A stretch of DNA of 64,000 bases from Candidatus Marinacidobacterales bacterium (GCA_965224085.1 CBDCYI010000009.1:544001-608000), one strand, 5' to 3'; shown: positions 10,362 to 20,822, counted from the stretch's first letter. Program-made: numbers and translations. Notes: generated by a model from the sequence alone, not told the origin.

Positions 10362-12046
10362 GTACCTGTCCAGAAACACCATAACTTGTTGGTGTACGAG
10401 AGGCCTATCGAAGATGTGGGTATTATACGTTTTCAGTCGGCACCTCGTAGGCTCGGAAGCGAATGAAAATCTTGGACGAAACGAGAGGCGAATCGTCAGC
10501 AATCCATGGCTATAAACGCAGTAAGAGCAATCATTATTATCGTAATAGGTGCCTTGCCATTACCAACAGGTTGCAGGTGATGATGGAACTCCATACGTAG
10601 GATTTGAAAGAAGGCAATGAGCGCCATGTGCATCGGTCGAGACCAAAGACTCGTTTCAAGAACGAAATGACGCCTTCGATTCCGCAGCGAAATCGCCGTA
10701 GGCGTTGATAGACCCAGGAACTCTTGACCATATCGGTCACCGCGAAGTGAGCCTTGGTAAAGGCAACATCTTCAACTCCCTTGCCTTTGATGGCTTCCAA
10801 GTTTGCCTTTGAAGAAAACGCGCCATCGTAGGCAACCTGGCGCGGGGCCCGTTCGTAGAGTTCGACTTGACGGTCGATCATGGTTTCCGCGAGAGTTGAA
10901 TCGGACGGATTCCCATCCAAGATCACGCAATCCAAAATCATCGAGGACGAGCCACCAGTCAAACACACCTTGTGACCGTAGAGAGTCTCGCGCCGGTCTT
11001 TGCGAATAATGTCGGTGTGTTCTTCGAAGATCGAAACGACCTTTTCCTCCGCAGGCACACGCTCTTCATCAATCACTCTACGCCGAGTTTGGTTGATGAC
11101 TTTTTCGGTGAGGACGAGAAAGTGCTTAAAATCCGTGGCGATCTTCTCCGCACTCGCTCGCTTCACCGGCTCGGTCAAGCCGGACTCGTCCAACTGGTCT
11201 GCAACGCGTTGAGCGGAGCGATAGGTTTCTTCCGACACCTTCAGTAGATCTCGATAGACGCGACGCCTTTGTTCCTTATCCTTCGCGTTTAGAACTCCCA
11301 GTCGACGTCTCTTCGCTCGACGCGTTCGATTGCCGAAGACCACTACTGTACCCAGCAGTTCGCGAGTTCGGCACATGAGGCGAGTGAGAACTCGGACGCA
11401 GTCATAAAGAAGCTCGGAGTCCGTAGGAGAATGAATATTCGACTCCACTACCGTGCAGTCCACTCGTACTTTTCTTCCTTTTTCGATCGCGGTCTTCTCG
11501 GCAACACTCACCAACTCTCGGTTGATTTTCTCCAGCGTTTCGAACTTCACGGCTTTGATGTTTGCTGCTAGGGTCGACTTCGACGGGCTCGGCTCTATGA
11601 TGCCGAGCTGGCAAAACGTCCGATAGCTTCGAGAGTCTGCCAAGTGAAACGCCAGCTCCCGATAGGTGAACTGATTCAGCTGCTTGACCAACAACGCCCG
11701 GAGAACCTGCTCCGCGCTCATTCCCCCACGACCAACATCGCTCCCTGCCGATGGGGTGACCGACCTCAGGTCTTGCAGTACCAGCTCATTGAGCTTAGGA
11801 TGGGCATCGAGCAGCGATGATATCGTTTCGAGTTCGCGTGCGTGCTCCAGCTCCAGCCAGGGCTCGCGAAGGCTTGGTTGTGGGTTGATCGTTTTTCGCA
11901 TTTAGGGCTGGTCTCCTTTGGAGTTAAGTCGTTTAGAATCTGCGTTTTTGTCGACTCGATACTAAACGACACTCCCTCAGAAGGCTAGCCCTAAATTTGC
12001 GATTACCCCTTTTTTCTCAACCTCTTACACCTGTCAGGACGGGTAC
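10362..12046 (-). mobile_element. ISNCY/IS5-like insertion sequence, copy 1
   Basis: Ends GTACC(C/T)GTCC; 6-bp duplication TAACTA at 10356-10361 and 12047-12052. Confidence 0.9.
10537..11901 (-). CDS. ISNCY-type DDE transposase
   Basis: 454 aa; VRVDCTVVESNIHSPTDSELL, AYDGAF, RCGIEGVISFLKR; near-identical to 26777-28141. Confidence 0.9.
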   Translation of the reverse strand: MRKTINPQPSLREPWLELEHARELETISSLLDAHPKLNELVLQDLRSVTPSAGSDVGRGGMSAEQVLRALLVKQLNQFTYRELAFHLADSRSYRTFCQLGIIEPSPSKSTLAANIKAVKFETLEKINRELVSVAEKTAIEKGRKVRVDCTVVESNIHSPTDSELLYDCVRVLTRLMCRTRELLGTVVVFGNRTRRAKRRRLGVLNAKDKEQRRRVYRDLLKVSEETYRSAQRVADQLDESGLTEPVKRASAEKIATDFKHFLVLTEKVINQTRRRVIDEERVPAEEKVVSIFEEHTDIIRKDRRETLYGHKVCLTGGSSSMILDCVILDGNPSDSTLAETMIDRQVELYERAPRQVAYDGAFSSKANLEAIKGKGVEDVAFTKAHFAVTDMVKSSWVYQRLRRFRCGIEGVISFLKRVFGLDRCTWRSLPSFKSYVWSSIITCNLLVMARHLLR

Positions 12047-12061
12047 TAACTAATAAGAAAC

Positions 12062-13300
12062 TCAGGGTGTAGCGTTGGCAAGAGGTGTGAGAGTGACGTC
12101 AAAACCGAGCTCCCTTAGGCGTCGTGTCATTCGTATTGTGAGCTGTTCCTTGTCGCGTTGATGGAAGTAATCGGCACCCAGTTCCCGGTATGGAATCTCA
12201 TTGTGGAGCATGTAGTAGACGGCGGTGATGATGGAGGCGGCGACGGCGACGACAGCTTTCTTGGGGCCCCGACGAGATTTGAGCCGGAAGAACTGGGCAC
12301 GCAGATAGCTGTCGCGCTTGCGGCTTGCCGCCCAAGCGGCTTGGACAAGAGCGGTCTTGAGCCATGGAGCCCCTTTGCGGGTTTTCTGAGAAAAGCGTTT
12401 ACCGGCACTCTCATGAAGCCGTGGGCATAGACCGGCCCAAGAGCGAAGGTGTCCGGCCGTTGGGAATGCCGAGACATCGGGTCCGATCTCGGCGACGAGA
12501 ATGGCCGCCGTGGTTTCACTGATGCCCGGGATCGTCACCAGAAGCTCGACGGCCGATCGAAAAGGGCGCAGGCTCTCTGTGATACGGGATTCGAGCGCGC
12601 TCACTGAGGCTTCAAGCTGCTCGATATGATTGAGATGAAAACCCAACAGGAAACGATGATGGTCGGTAACGTAGCCCTCGAGCGCTGCGCTCAATTCCTG
12701 TTCAGTGGCTTTGAGTCGGCTTGAGCCCAGCTCACTCAGCTTGTGAGGGTCGCTTTCTCCCGCAATGATCGCTCGGAGAATCGCCCGCCCGCTTACTCCC
12801 AAAATCGTGCTAATCACGCTCGTCAATTTGATGTTCGCGTCTTCCAACGTCTTTTGAATTCGCTGGGTCTCCCGAGCGATTTCTCGAACGAACTGCTTTC
12901 GCGTTCGGGTCAGCTCTCGCAGTTCCTGGATCGGCGTTGGCGGAACGAAGCTAGCTCGAATGAGACCATGGGCAAGCAAATCCGCTATCCACAAGGCATC
13001 ACTGATATCGCTCTTACGACCCGGCATGTTCTTGACGTGGGCCGGTTGTGCCAACACCAACTCAAAATGACCTTCGAGCACATGCCACACCGGCTTCCAA
13101 TACACTCCGGTCGCTTCCATCGCTACAATCGTGCAACCGCACTGCCCCAGCCAATCCAACATTTCCAGCAATTCGCTCGTGGCCGTGCCGAACACACGCG
13201 TCTCGCGCACCACCTTCCGCTTCGTCGCTACCCGCACGCAAGCCGTAATCGATTTCTGGTGGACGTCCAATCCGGCGCATCGCTTATGAACCACTCTCAT
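12062..13300 (-). CDS. IS110-family DEDD recombinase/transposase
   Basis: GLDVH, MEATGVYW, KSDISDA and C-terminal HESAG serine motif; GGAGG RBS before ATG 13300. Confidence 0.95.
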   Translation of the reverse strand: MRVVHKRCAGLDVHQKSITACVRVATKRKVVRETRVFGTATSELLEMLDWLGQCGCTIVAMEATGVYWKPVWHVLEGHFELVLAQPAHVKNMPGRKSDISDALWIADLLAHGLIRASFVPPTPIQELRELTRTRKQFVREIARETQRIQKTLEDANIKLTSVISTILGVSGRAILRAIIAGESDPHKLSELGSSRLKATEQELSAALEGYVTDHHRFLLGFHLNHIEQLEASVSALESRITESLRPFRSAVELLVTIPGISETTAAILVAEIGPDVSAFPTAGHLRSWAGLCPRLHESAGKRFSQKTRKGAPWLKTALVQAAWAASRKRDSYLRAQFFRLKSRRGPKKAVVAVAASIITAVYYMLHNEIPYRELGADYFHQRDKEQLTIRMTRRLRELGFDVTLTPLANATP

Positions 13301-13315
13301 CGCAGCCTCCTTCAC

Positions 13316-13529
13316 GTCGCACCGGCGTGGAGCCCACGAACTTGTAATCTAATAGACGCGCTCAACTATCCCAGCTGGAATAGAAAACGCAATTTGGGGT
13401 ACGCGCAGGACTCCCAGCCAAACTTGACAACGGGCTCAGTCGCACCAACGTTAAGCCGACCTCTGAGCCGGTGCCACCTTCACAGACTACCGCGTTTCAT
13501 TCATTCGGGGTGGCCGTCAGGCCGTGGAA
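13316..13529 (-). ncRNA. Candidate IS110 bridge RNA region
   Basis: Non-coding end containing GCTTAAC (13456-13450) and TTGTCAAGTT (13430-13421), which match the two halves of the reconstructed target; boundaries approximate. Confidence 0.65.
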
Positions 13530-13696
13530 AACTTGACAATACTCCACCCTTTGTCATCCTCTACTCAAAACGCCATGCCAACTCCTCGGCCGTGATGATC
13601 GGCATTTTGCCAACAGCGCCCAATTTTTTCGCCAGATCAAGGATCTTCTTGGTGACGTCTTCTTCAAGCTCTTTCTCTTTGTAGAAATTAACGTAG

Positions 13697-16171
13697 GATC
13701 TGTTCTACAAGCTGACTCAACGAGAAAAATCTCACGAATACCTGCGCGGGCCCCAGCAGGACGTTCTTAGGGCGTATGCTGATCTCGCTGTGGAAACACC
13801 CGACGTAGCTCTTGAGCTACCAACGGGAACAGGGAAGACTACAGTCGGTCTGCTTATTGCGGAATGGCACCGTAGGCGGACCGGAAATCGGGTCGCGTAC
13901 TTGACGCTCACGAACCAACTCGCTCGTCAAGTCCTCGTTGAAGCGGGCCGAGTGGCGGTGCCCTTCTCGGACCTGATCGGAACGAAGCGAGATCGCGATG
14001 CGGCCCAAGAAGGACATTATCTCGCTGGAGAGGCCGTCGGTGTTACTAGTTATTCAAATCTGTTCAACGTGAATCCGGTGATTCGTGAGTCACAAGTTCT
14101 CGTTTTGGATGACGCTCACGGTGGTGAACAGTACGTCGCCGCCCACTGGACCCTGATAATTTCCAAGCGGGATGATACCGAGCTTTACTCGTCGGCCATC
14201 GCGGCTTTGCGTCCAGCACTAACTGACAGTCAGCTGCGAACCATTTTGAGCCCGCAGGGAATCTCAGTCGTCGAAATTGCCGACGTTTTCAATCACCCTG
14301 CATGCATCGTGACGATGACAGACTTGATCGATCAGGCGGACTCCCAAAAAATCAAATTTAGATGGCAACAAATTAGAGAGCATATCGACGCATGCCTGTT
14401 TCTGCTTTCGTCTGACGCTATCGCGATTCGACCACTGATCCCACCCACGCACACACATGATCCATTCAGCGGTAGCTCACAGCGAGTTCTGATGTCGGCG
14501 ACGCTCGGTGGGAAGGGTGACTTACTGCGCGGTTATGGACTCCAGGACGTGGAAATCCTCCGGGCCGAGCGCCCTCAATGGGGACGTCGATACGTCTTTG
14601 TTCCCGGAATGTACTTGGACGCTGACAAGACCCATGAAGTCGTCTCTGGTGTGTGGGACAAAACAGAACCTAGGCGTGCCGTAGTTCTCGCTCCATCGAA
14701 CCGGATCGCGGACGCCACGTACGAGAAGATAAAGGAGCATGTAAGTTCGGAGCTGACAAGGATGTCAGCGACAGAGATTTCTGACGGTCTCGACTCGTTT
14801 ACGGTGGCTCAAGATACGATCCTGGTCCTCTCGGGCCGCTACGATGGTCTGGATCTTCCCGGTGACGATTGTCGATTGCTCATCATGTCCGAGAGCCCAG
14901 CGGCCGTGAACGAACTTGAGAGACATCTGCGCGATAAATGGAAGCTTGGACCTGCACTTCGACGACGAGAGAGAACGCGCTTGATTCAAGGAATGGGGCG
15001 ATGTACCAGGAGCGCGACTGATTTCTCGGTCATTCTTTGGTTAGGTCAATCGCTCGTTAACGCGGCGTCGTCAGAGTTGATGGACTCGCTCCCGGCCGAA
15101 CTTCACGGAGAGCTCAAGTGGGGCCACGAACAATCGAAGGCTACGCCCGACGAACTAGTCGAAATGATTCACGGCCTATTGGACGACAAAGATTATCGTG
15201 AGGAGGCCGACGCCTCAATCGATCAGCTTCGGTCGCAGCTGGAAGCCCAGCAACAAGAAGAAAGCGATCTCACCGCTAGCGATGAGGTGAAATTTGCGCG
15301 ATCGTTGTGGTCTGAGAATTACTCACTGGCGTACACGTTGGCGCGATCTATCGCAGATGTCCTTTCAGAGCCTGGATTCGCAGGGTGGCGAGCTTGGTGG
15401 TGGTTCCTGGCAAACATGGTTGCCGTTAAGCTGGGAAACAACGAAAGTGAACGAGACTGCCTCCGGCGGGCAAAAGCGTGTGGCATCAACTCAGGTTGGC
15501 TCGATGCCGTGATTCTAAAGCGAGCATCCGAACTATTAAACGATTCCGCCGAAGATGACGTTCCCTCCAATCTTGAACATCTCTGGGACACCCTGGAGGA
15601 ACTTGGCTGGGCTGGCCCAAAGTTTGAAAGCCAAGTAGCCGAGATGCGGTCGAACCTGGCGGACACCGATCACACTGCGTTTCACATGGGTTTGGAGAAA
15701 CTCGGTCGTTGTTTGGGGCTCGACCCAATTCGCTCAACAGAAGATGGTGCGCCTGATGTTATTTGGTCTCGTGACCCTCGGATATACGTGGCGTTCGAGG
15801 CGAAGACAGAGAAGGACTCTGAGCACGCCCTTTCGAAAAATGACCTCCGAGAAGCGAAAGGCCATGCGGATTGGATCTCGGCAAAGCTATGCGGAGGTGC
15901 TCAGGATGTGGACACATCTATCGTAGTCGTTTCACCGACGTCGAAACTTCATTTTGCCGCGGAGCCTCATGCGGAGAGCGTTTTCTATTTGTCGCCAGAA
16001 ACTGTACTGGATCTTATGGCCCAGGTTATAGATTCATTGCGCGAGATTCGCATAAAATTTGCTGGGCGCGATTTTGCGGCAGCCCGTAACGAGTTGGCTG
16101 TGGAAGTAAATAACGCTGAACTAGATGCGGAACACATCTGGGAACAGCTTACCTCTCATCCACTTAAATGA
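13697..16171 (+). CDS. SF2 (DinG-like) helicase with C-terminal PD-(D/E)XK nuclease, Hna-like; probably 5'-truncated
   Basis: LPTGTGKT, LDDAH, MSAT, DGLDLPGDDCR, QGMGRCTR, then PDVIW...FEAKTE; frame open from 13697, first GTG at 13790. Confidence 0.75.
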   Translation, partial: DLFYKLTQREKSHEYLRGPQQDVLRAYADLAVETPDVALELPTGTGKTTVGLLIAEWHRRRTGNRVAYLTLTNQLARQVLVEAGRVAVPFSDLIGTKRDRDAAQEGHYLAGEAVGVTSYSNLFNVNPVIRESQVLVLDDAHGGEQYVAAHWTLIISKRDDTELYSSAIAALRPALTDSQLRTILSPQGISVVEIADVFNHPACIVTMTDLIDQADSQKIKFRWQQIREHIDACLFLLSSDAIAIRPLIPPTHTHDPFSGSSQRVLMSATLGGKGDLLRGYGLQDVEILRAERPQWGRRYVFVPGMYLDADKTHEVVSGVWDKTEPRRAVVLAPSNRIADATYEKIKEHVSSELTRMSATEISDGLDSFTVAQDTILVLSGRYDGLDLPGDDCRLLIMSESPAAVNELERHLRDKWKLGPALRRRERTRLIQGMGRCTRSATDFSVILWLGQSLVNAASSELMDSLPAELHGELKWGHEQSKATPDELVEMIHGLLDDKDYREEADASIDQLRSQLEAQQQEESDLTASDEVKFARSLWSENYSLAYTLARSIADVLSEPGFAGWRAWWWFLANMVAVKLGNNESERDCLRRAKACGINSGWLDAVILKRASELLNDSAEDDVPSNLEHLWDTLEELGWAGPKFESQVAEMRSNLADTDHTAFHMGLEKLGRCLGLDPIRSTEDGAPDVIWSRDPRIYVAFEAKTEKDSEHALSKNDLREAKGHADWISAKLCGGAQDVDTSIVVVSPTSKLHFAAEPHAESVFYLSPETVLDLMAQVIDSLREIRIKFAGRDFAAARNELAVEVNNAELDAEHIWEQLTSHPLK

Positions 16172-16374
16172 CGGCTGCGCGCTGTGCCTTCTATTTATTC
16201 ATCCGCGCGCCCCGAACTTGATTAGTCTCCCGCGCGACCCAATTGTCGAGTGTCTTCATTCTGGCAGAAAACGGTCGCAGGTTCCGACCTGTGTTTCGGG
16301 GTATCCCGTCCTGTGCCAAAACTCGGCCCTTTTGAAATAGACCATCAGTGTCATGAATTGACGGACACGAGCTA

Positions 16375-16555
16375 CCCGTCTGGTCAAAATATTCGAACGC
16401 CCTAGCGGGTCAGCAGTTTGCACCTTTCCAAAGGCCGCTTGAATCCGCCATCGCGGTCGGATAAGTATTCCAGTTCAGCGGAAGGAGTCGCGATGGATTG
16501 GAAGACCATGCTGACCTACATCTCAGGATTCGTGGATGAGGAGTTGCTCTTGAGG
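16375..16555 (+). mobile_element. Left end and first codons (MDWKTML...) of an rve-type element
   Basis: Homologous to about 25090-25313 (inverted) and 39442-39660. Confidence 0.7.
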
Positions 16556-16774
16556 CGAGCATCCTCTACGCCCGCGAAATTACCGAGGAAGACGCGGAAG
16601 CGCTCGACCACGTGATCGAAGATTCCGACTTGTAAGAGCTCACGCCAAAGGGCCCTGCCAACTATTGCGGTTTTTCCGACGGTTCCTCGTTAGTACTTGG
16701 CGACGCCCGCGCGAGGCTGTCGAGAAAATGCGATCGAATTTGCTACGATGGAAGCTTCGACGCGGAGGACCCGA

Positions 16775-17248
16775 ATGATTTCGATCACCGTCAATGGAAA
16801 GCGTCATGAGGTGGAGGTACCACCTTCGACACCCCTTCTCTGGGTCCTGCGGGACACGCTGGCCCTCACCGGCACGAAATATGGCTGCGGCATCGCGCAA
16901 TGCGGCGCCTGTACCGTGCATATTGGCGGCGTGGCGACGCGAACCTGCATCACACCCGTCTCCACCGTGGAAGGCTCGGAGATCACGACGATCGAGGGCC
17001 TCGCGACCGACGGACTCCACCCGATTCAGCAGGTATGGCTCGACGAAGACGTCGTGCAATGCGGCTACTGCCAGTCCGGGCAGATCATGTCCGCCGCGAG
17101 CCTTCTGGCCGAGAACAAGAACCCGACTGATGACGACATCGACGACGCGATGAGCGGCAACCTATGCCGCTGCGGCACCTATGGCCGCATTCGTTGCGCG
17201 ATCAAGAACGCAGGTGCTCTGATGCGCGGTGAGGAGGTGTCCAAATGA
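16775..17248 (+). CDS. iorA: (2Fe-2S)-binding subunit of isoquinoline/aldehyde oxidoreductase (IorA-like)
   Basis: [34 protein letters not shown]. Confidence 0.9.
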   Translation: MISITVNGKRHEVEVPPSTPLLWVLRDTLALTGTKYGCGIAQCGACTVHIGGVATRTCITPVSTVEGSEITTIEGLATDGLHPIQQVWLDEDVVQCGYCQSGQIMSAASLLAENKNPTDDDIDDAMSGNLCRCGTYGRIRCAIKNAGALMRGEEVSK

Positions 17249-17372
17249 GCCTAACGAGACGGCGCTTCCTGAAAACCTCCGGTGCTGTGGCCTCCGGGCT
17301 TCTGCTCGGCTTCTACGTGCCACCGAAAGGACCTCGCGGCTACTTGCAGGCCGCCGAGCCTTTCGCCCCCCA
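17245..17372 (+). pseudogene. IorB-like molybdoprotein subunit, N-terminal fragment only
   Basis: ATGA overlap with iorA; TRRRFLK Tat motif, GLLLGFYVP...FAP, then unrelated sequence. Confidence 0.7.
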
Positions 17373-17932
17373 ATGGTCGGGTCAGCACGCGGCCAAGCAC
17401 TCCGCCTCCCGGAACCGAGACCCGTGGGACGGCGACGTTCGGCTTTCGTTACAAGAAGGGCGCCATCCGATTCGACGTCGGCTTCTATCGCGCTCTGACT
17501 AGAGATGACAATCGAACCGGACTCACTGGCGGACTCACCTGGACGTTCAAGAGCTTTCTACATCCGTCGGAACTTAAGAACTAGCGAGCACGAATCGAGA
17601 GCGAGTACGACATGGAGCTCTAACCTCGCGGCACTCGAACGCCATGAGCGCTTAGCCCCGTGTGCTCTGCAAGAAGTCGATCCAGCGTTGATTGTGCGGT
17701 TTAGACCTGCCATGCTCGGCTGCTTCGTGTCGGTTGACCCGACGACACCACCGGCGTCTTAGGAACGTGGAGAGAGTTGGCCATCGTCGACATGCCAGAG
17801 GGCTCGGCGGGCGGGCTCATCGTAGAGCCGAGGGTTGTGCCTTCTATTTATTCATCCGGGCGCACCGAACGGTGCTTCCGCCATTAAGTGTTGGTGAAAT
17901 GACGCTAAGACTTTACGCTGCATTAAATTGCT

Positions 17933-18600
17933 GCCTTGGTGCACAACTCCGATAGAGGCCGATAGCTCGCTTGGCCCCGACTCCCATCATCCGATCATCT
18001 CGCTATCAGGCATCCCGAGCGCCGTCATGGTGTTGAGAATCTTGCACCCGATCCTTGCCTCGACTCTCTGTGCCGCCAACCCTCTCGCTCGCATTGCTGA
18101 GCCCACGATAGCCTTGTAGCGATGGAACGTTGTCTCGACTTTGCTCCGTTTGCTGTAGCCCGATTCTGTGTGCCACTTTCGTTTGCCGAGCCGAGCTTGT
18201 GCTGCAATGTTGCGATTGCGCTGTCGGCTGCTCGCCGGCCCCGATGCGAGCTGGGCGCCCTTGCGCGGCGGTATCAGCACCCTCGGCGAGCGATGAGCGC
18301 TGTGATTCTCGATTGCCTCATAGACGCCGCCGGCGTCGTATGCGGTGCCAGCTCTGGCCGATGAGATGGGACTGTCGATCTGTCCGACAAGCGATGCAAC
18401 CCGCGATGAATCGCGGGCTCTTTTGCTCGTCAGCTCGCCGGCAACGACTTCGCCAGTCTGCTCGTCGACACACAGATGGAGCTTGCGATAGTCCCTGCTA
18501 TTTGGTGCTCTGCGCAGCTGGCCGGCGTGGACAGCGAGACCGCTGCTGTCGATCAAGATGTGCAACGGCGTCTTCTGCTTGTCTTGGTAGAAGGGGACCT
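17933..18600 (-). pseudogene. IS5-family (IS903-like) transposase 3' half with right end
   Basis: LIDSSGL, YRKLHLCVD, GYSKRSKVETTFHRYK; end GCCTTGGTGCACAACTC at 17933. Confidence 0.85.
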
Positions 18601-18720
18601 TACCCCGTCCTGTGCCAAAACTCGGCCCTTTTGAAATAGACCATAAATCAGCAGCTTCGTGTCTGTGTTTGCGACCGAGCCAAGGGCCGTAGGCTTTACA
18701 ATCGTCTGGCCCGAGGGTGC

Positions 18721-18996
18721 GGAAGCGAGTTTCGAGCAGGAGTTCAACTCCCTCGATGCGCAGCGAGAGGCCTGCGCCGCGTATGTCGCGAGCCACAAGG
18801 CAGAAGGCTGAGTGCTGCTGCCAACCGTCTACGAGGACGGAGGGATCTCGGGAGGAACCCTGGAGCGCCCGGGCCTGCAGCGCTTGCTCGCCGACATCGA
18901 TGCTGGTCTCGCCGAGCAGGTGGTGATCTACAAGGTCGACCGGCTGACCCGCTGTCTTGCCGACTTTGCGAAGCTCGTCGAACGGCTCGAGATGCT
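18721..18996 (+). pseudogene. Serine recombinase N-terminal fragment
   Basis: EQEFNSLDAQREAC, YEDGGISGGTLERPGLQRLL, YKVDRLTR; internal TGA. Confidence 0.85.
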
Positions 18997-19129
18997 CGGC
19001 CCAACCGCGCAGATCTGCTCGCAAAATTCTCAAGATCCGTGATTTCTAAGAAGGATCGGTCAATTGACCCCATATATTTTCGTGGGCTTACGGCTCGGGC
19101 GAATCGATCCTGGCACAAAAGGCACAAAA

Positions 19130-19560
19130 CCCCCGTATGGGGCAGGACGCGGGTTCCGACCTGTGTTTCGAGGTTTCCAGCCGAGACCGGATAGCACCAG
19201 ACTGCGCCATCCGCCATCCAGTCCGGCCAATTGTGGCACTGCAGAGACGGATGAGATTTTCCGCGCGGTTGGTGGGGTTTTGCAGGGGTAGGTGGCACCA
19301 GAGACGCGCTAGAAGGGCTGAAGAGGCCTCATTTTCGGCATTCGTCTCTAATCGCGATTTTCGAGTGCCACGTTTGCGCCAAATAGGGGGGCGGGCGCTG
19401 AACGGGCCGTGCGGCAGCGGAAAAGAGGCCACCCGAGAGGCCCAGAATCGAGGCCGGGACTACCGCAGCGTAGCTGCCCTAGCACGTTCTGGTCCAGGTG
19501 CGGCCCGGGCCTCCTTTATGTCCATCTTTGCCCAGGACCTGGATCCAGGTCTTCGCCCAG
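19130..19560. repeat. Dispersed non-coding repeat (partial copies at about 160-300, 3135-3335 and 16270-16303)
   Basis: Shared GGCACTGCAGAGACGG...CACCAGAGACGCGCTAGAAGGGCTGAA and CGTAGCTGCCCTAGCACGTTCTGGTCCAGGTGCG blocks. Confidence 0.7.
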
Positions 19561-19734
19561 GCAGCGTGACATCCCGTTTCTGGACGGTGTTTCCCTGCGC
19601 ATACGGGGAACCCGAATCGCCGGCCGTAACGTCACCCTCCCAGGCACGTGATCTGAAAAAATCGGCCAGAAGCAACCGATCATGGCAGGTCCAAAACACG
19701 CAATCAACGCTGGATCGACTTTTTGCGGAGCACA

Positions 19735-20095
19735 GCGCGGCGTGCTGCCACGGCTGGCGAGAATCGCCTGTGCATGCGCTACCGCCGCGCACTCGCCATT
19801 CCTACTGTACGGCGCGTCGCTACCGAGAACGACAAGGCGCCCGTTCGGGTCGTCAGGAATGTCGGCGCTGGAGCGAGGCAGTGCATGGACGGCAGCGAAA
19901 TCGCCCGGGGACGACACGTTCGCCAACAGACGTCGCTCTAGTTCCTGCGCAACCTGATCCGTCTCGCGCTTTAGCTGCTCCGCGCGGTCCTCGGCCAAGA
20001 TGTCCCGGAACGTCAAGCATCGCATGGTCAGCCCAGCCTGTATCGCCGAAAGAACTGCGTCTCTCGAAATCAGGCTCAAACTTCAGCGCGCGGGC
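19735..20095 (-). pseudogene. DUF499-like ATPase internal fragment
   Basis: LAEDRAEQLKR...GDFAAVHALPRSSADIPDD...RLVVLG...ILASRGSTPR. Confidence 0.6.
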
Positions 20096-20147
20096 GGGTT
20101 ACGCGGCAGCCACTAACTAACTCTTGATTGCGGAACCACGTCACCCT

Positions 20148-20369
20148 TCAGAACCATCGTTTCACGAGATTCGCGATAAGCGTCAAGACGACCGACGCAA
20201 GGACCATCGACGTGATAGGGATGAACACGCGCGTGCTTTCTCCATGGTAGCGAATATCGCCCGGAAGTCGGCCGAACCAAGAAAACCCGCCGTAGTAGAG
20301 GGCGACACCGACGGCGGCGAGCAGCACGCCAGCGCCAATGATCAGAAGGCCGAGTGATCGTGGCTCCAT
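20148..20369 (-). CDS. DUF2905 small membrane protein
   Basis: GRLPGDI...FIPITSMVLASVVLT. Confidence 0.85.
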   Translation of the reverse strand: MEPRSLGLLIIGAGVLLAAVGVALYYGGFSWFGRLPGDIRYHGESTRVFIPITSMVLASVVLTLIANLVKRWF

Positions 20370-20372
20370 CGT

Positions 20373-20613
20373 CTACCCGAACTCGGAGAGTCTCTCTGTC
20401 AGCAAATCGTAGAATCCGTCCGCCTCAGCAGTGTGAATCCATTCCACGTTCGGCGCGCGCGCGGTCACGCCCCAGAAGTCGACGACGGGTTCGCCTATCG
20501 TGAACTCGGATTCCGTCTCCACTTCGACATTCACTCGCTTTCCTTGAAACAACGACGGTTTCAGTAGGTACGCGATCGTGCACGGGTCGTGGAGCGATCC
20601 GCCTCCGACGCCG
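20373..20613 (-). pseudogene. Nucleoside hydrolase C-terminal fragment
   Basis: LHDPCTIAYLLKPSLF...VEVET...G.PVVD...ADGFYDLL; cut by an element end at 20616. Confidence 0.8.
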
Positions 20614-20822
20614 GCTGTGCCTTCTATTTATTCATCCGCGCGCACGAACTCGATTAATCTCCGGTCTGCCGGCACCATGTCGGCATGATTTCGTCGTTGG
20701 TTCGCGCCTTCATCTTTGCCTTCAAGGCTCGTCGTGAGCTGGCTCTCAATAAAGTCGCTCTTCGGCAGCAACTCGCCGTCCTCCGCCGTTCTGTGAAACG
20801 GCCGCGGCTCTCGAAGGTCAAC

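Larger units (their letters stand above)
12053..13533 (-). mobile_element. IS110-family element, copy A
   Basis: DEDD recombinase plus about 230-bp 5' non-coding end; AACT shared at both junctions once the ISNCY is removed. Confidence 0.85.

Noticed and set aside
18721-18996. In-frame TGA at a Trp position as recoding or selenocysteine
   Set aside because: Intact genes in the window use TGA as stop and the fragment is truncated; simple nonsense mutation.
17987-19033. 348-aa ORF as a novel fusion transposase
   Set aside because: Chance read-through of antisense recombinase DNA and an element end into an IS5 fragment.
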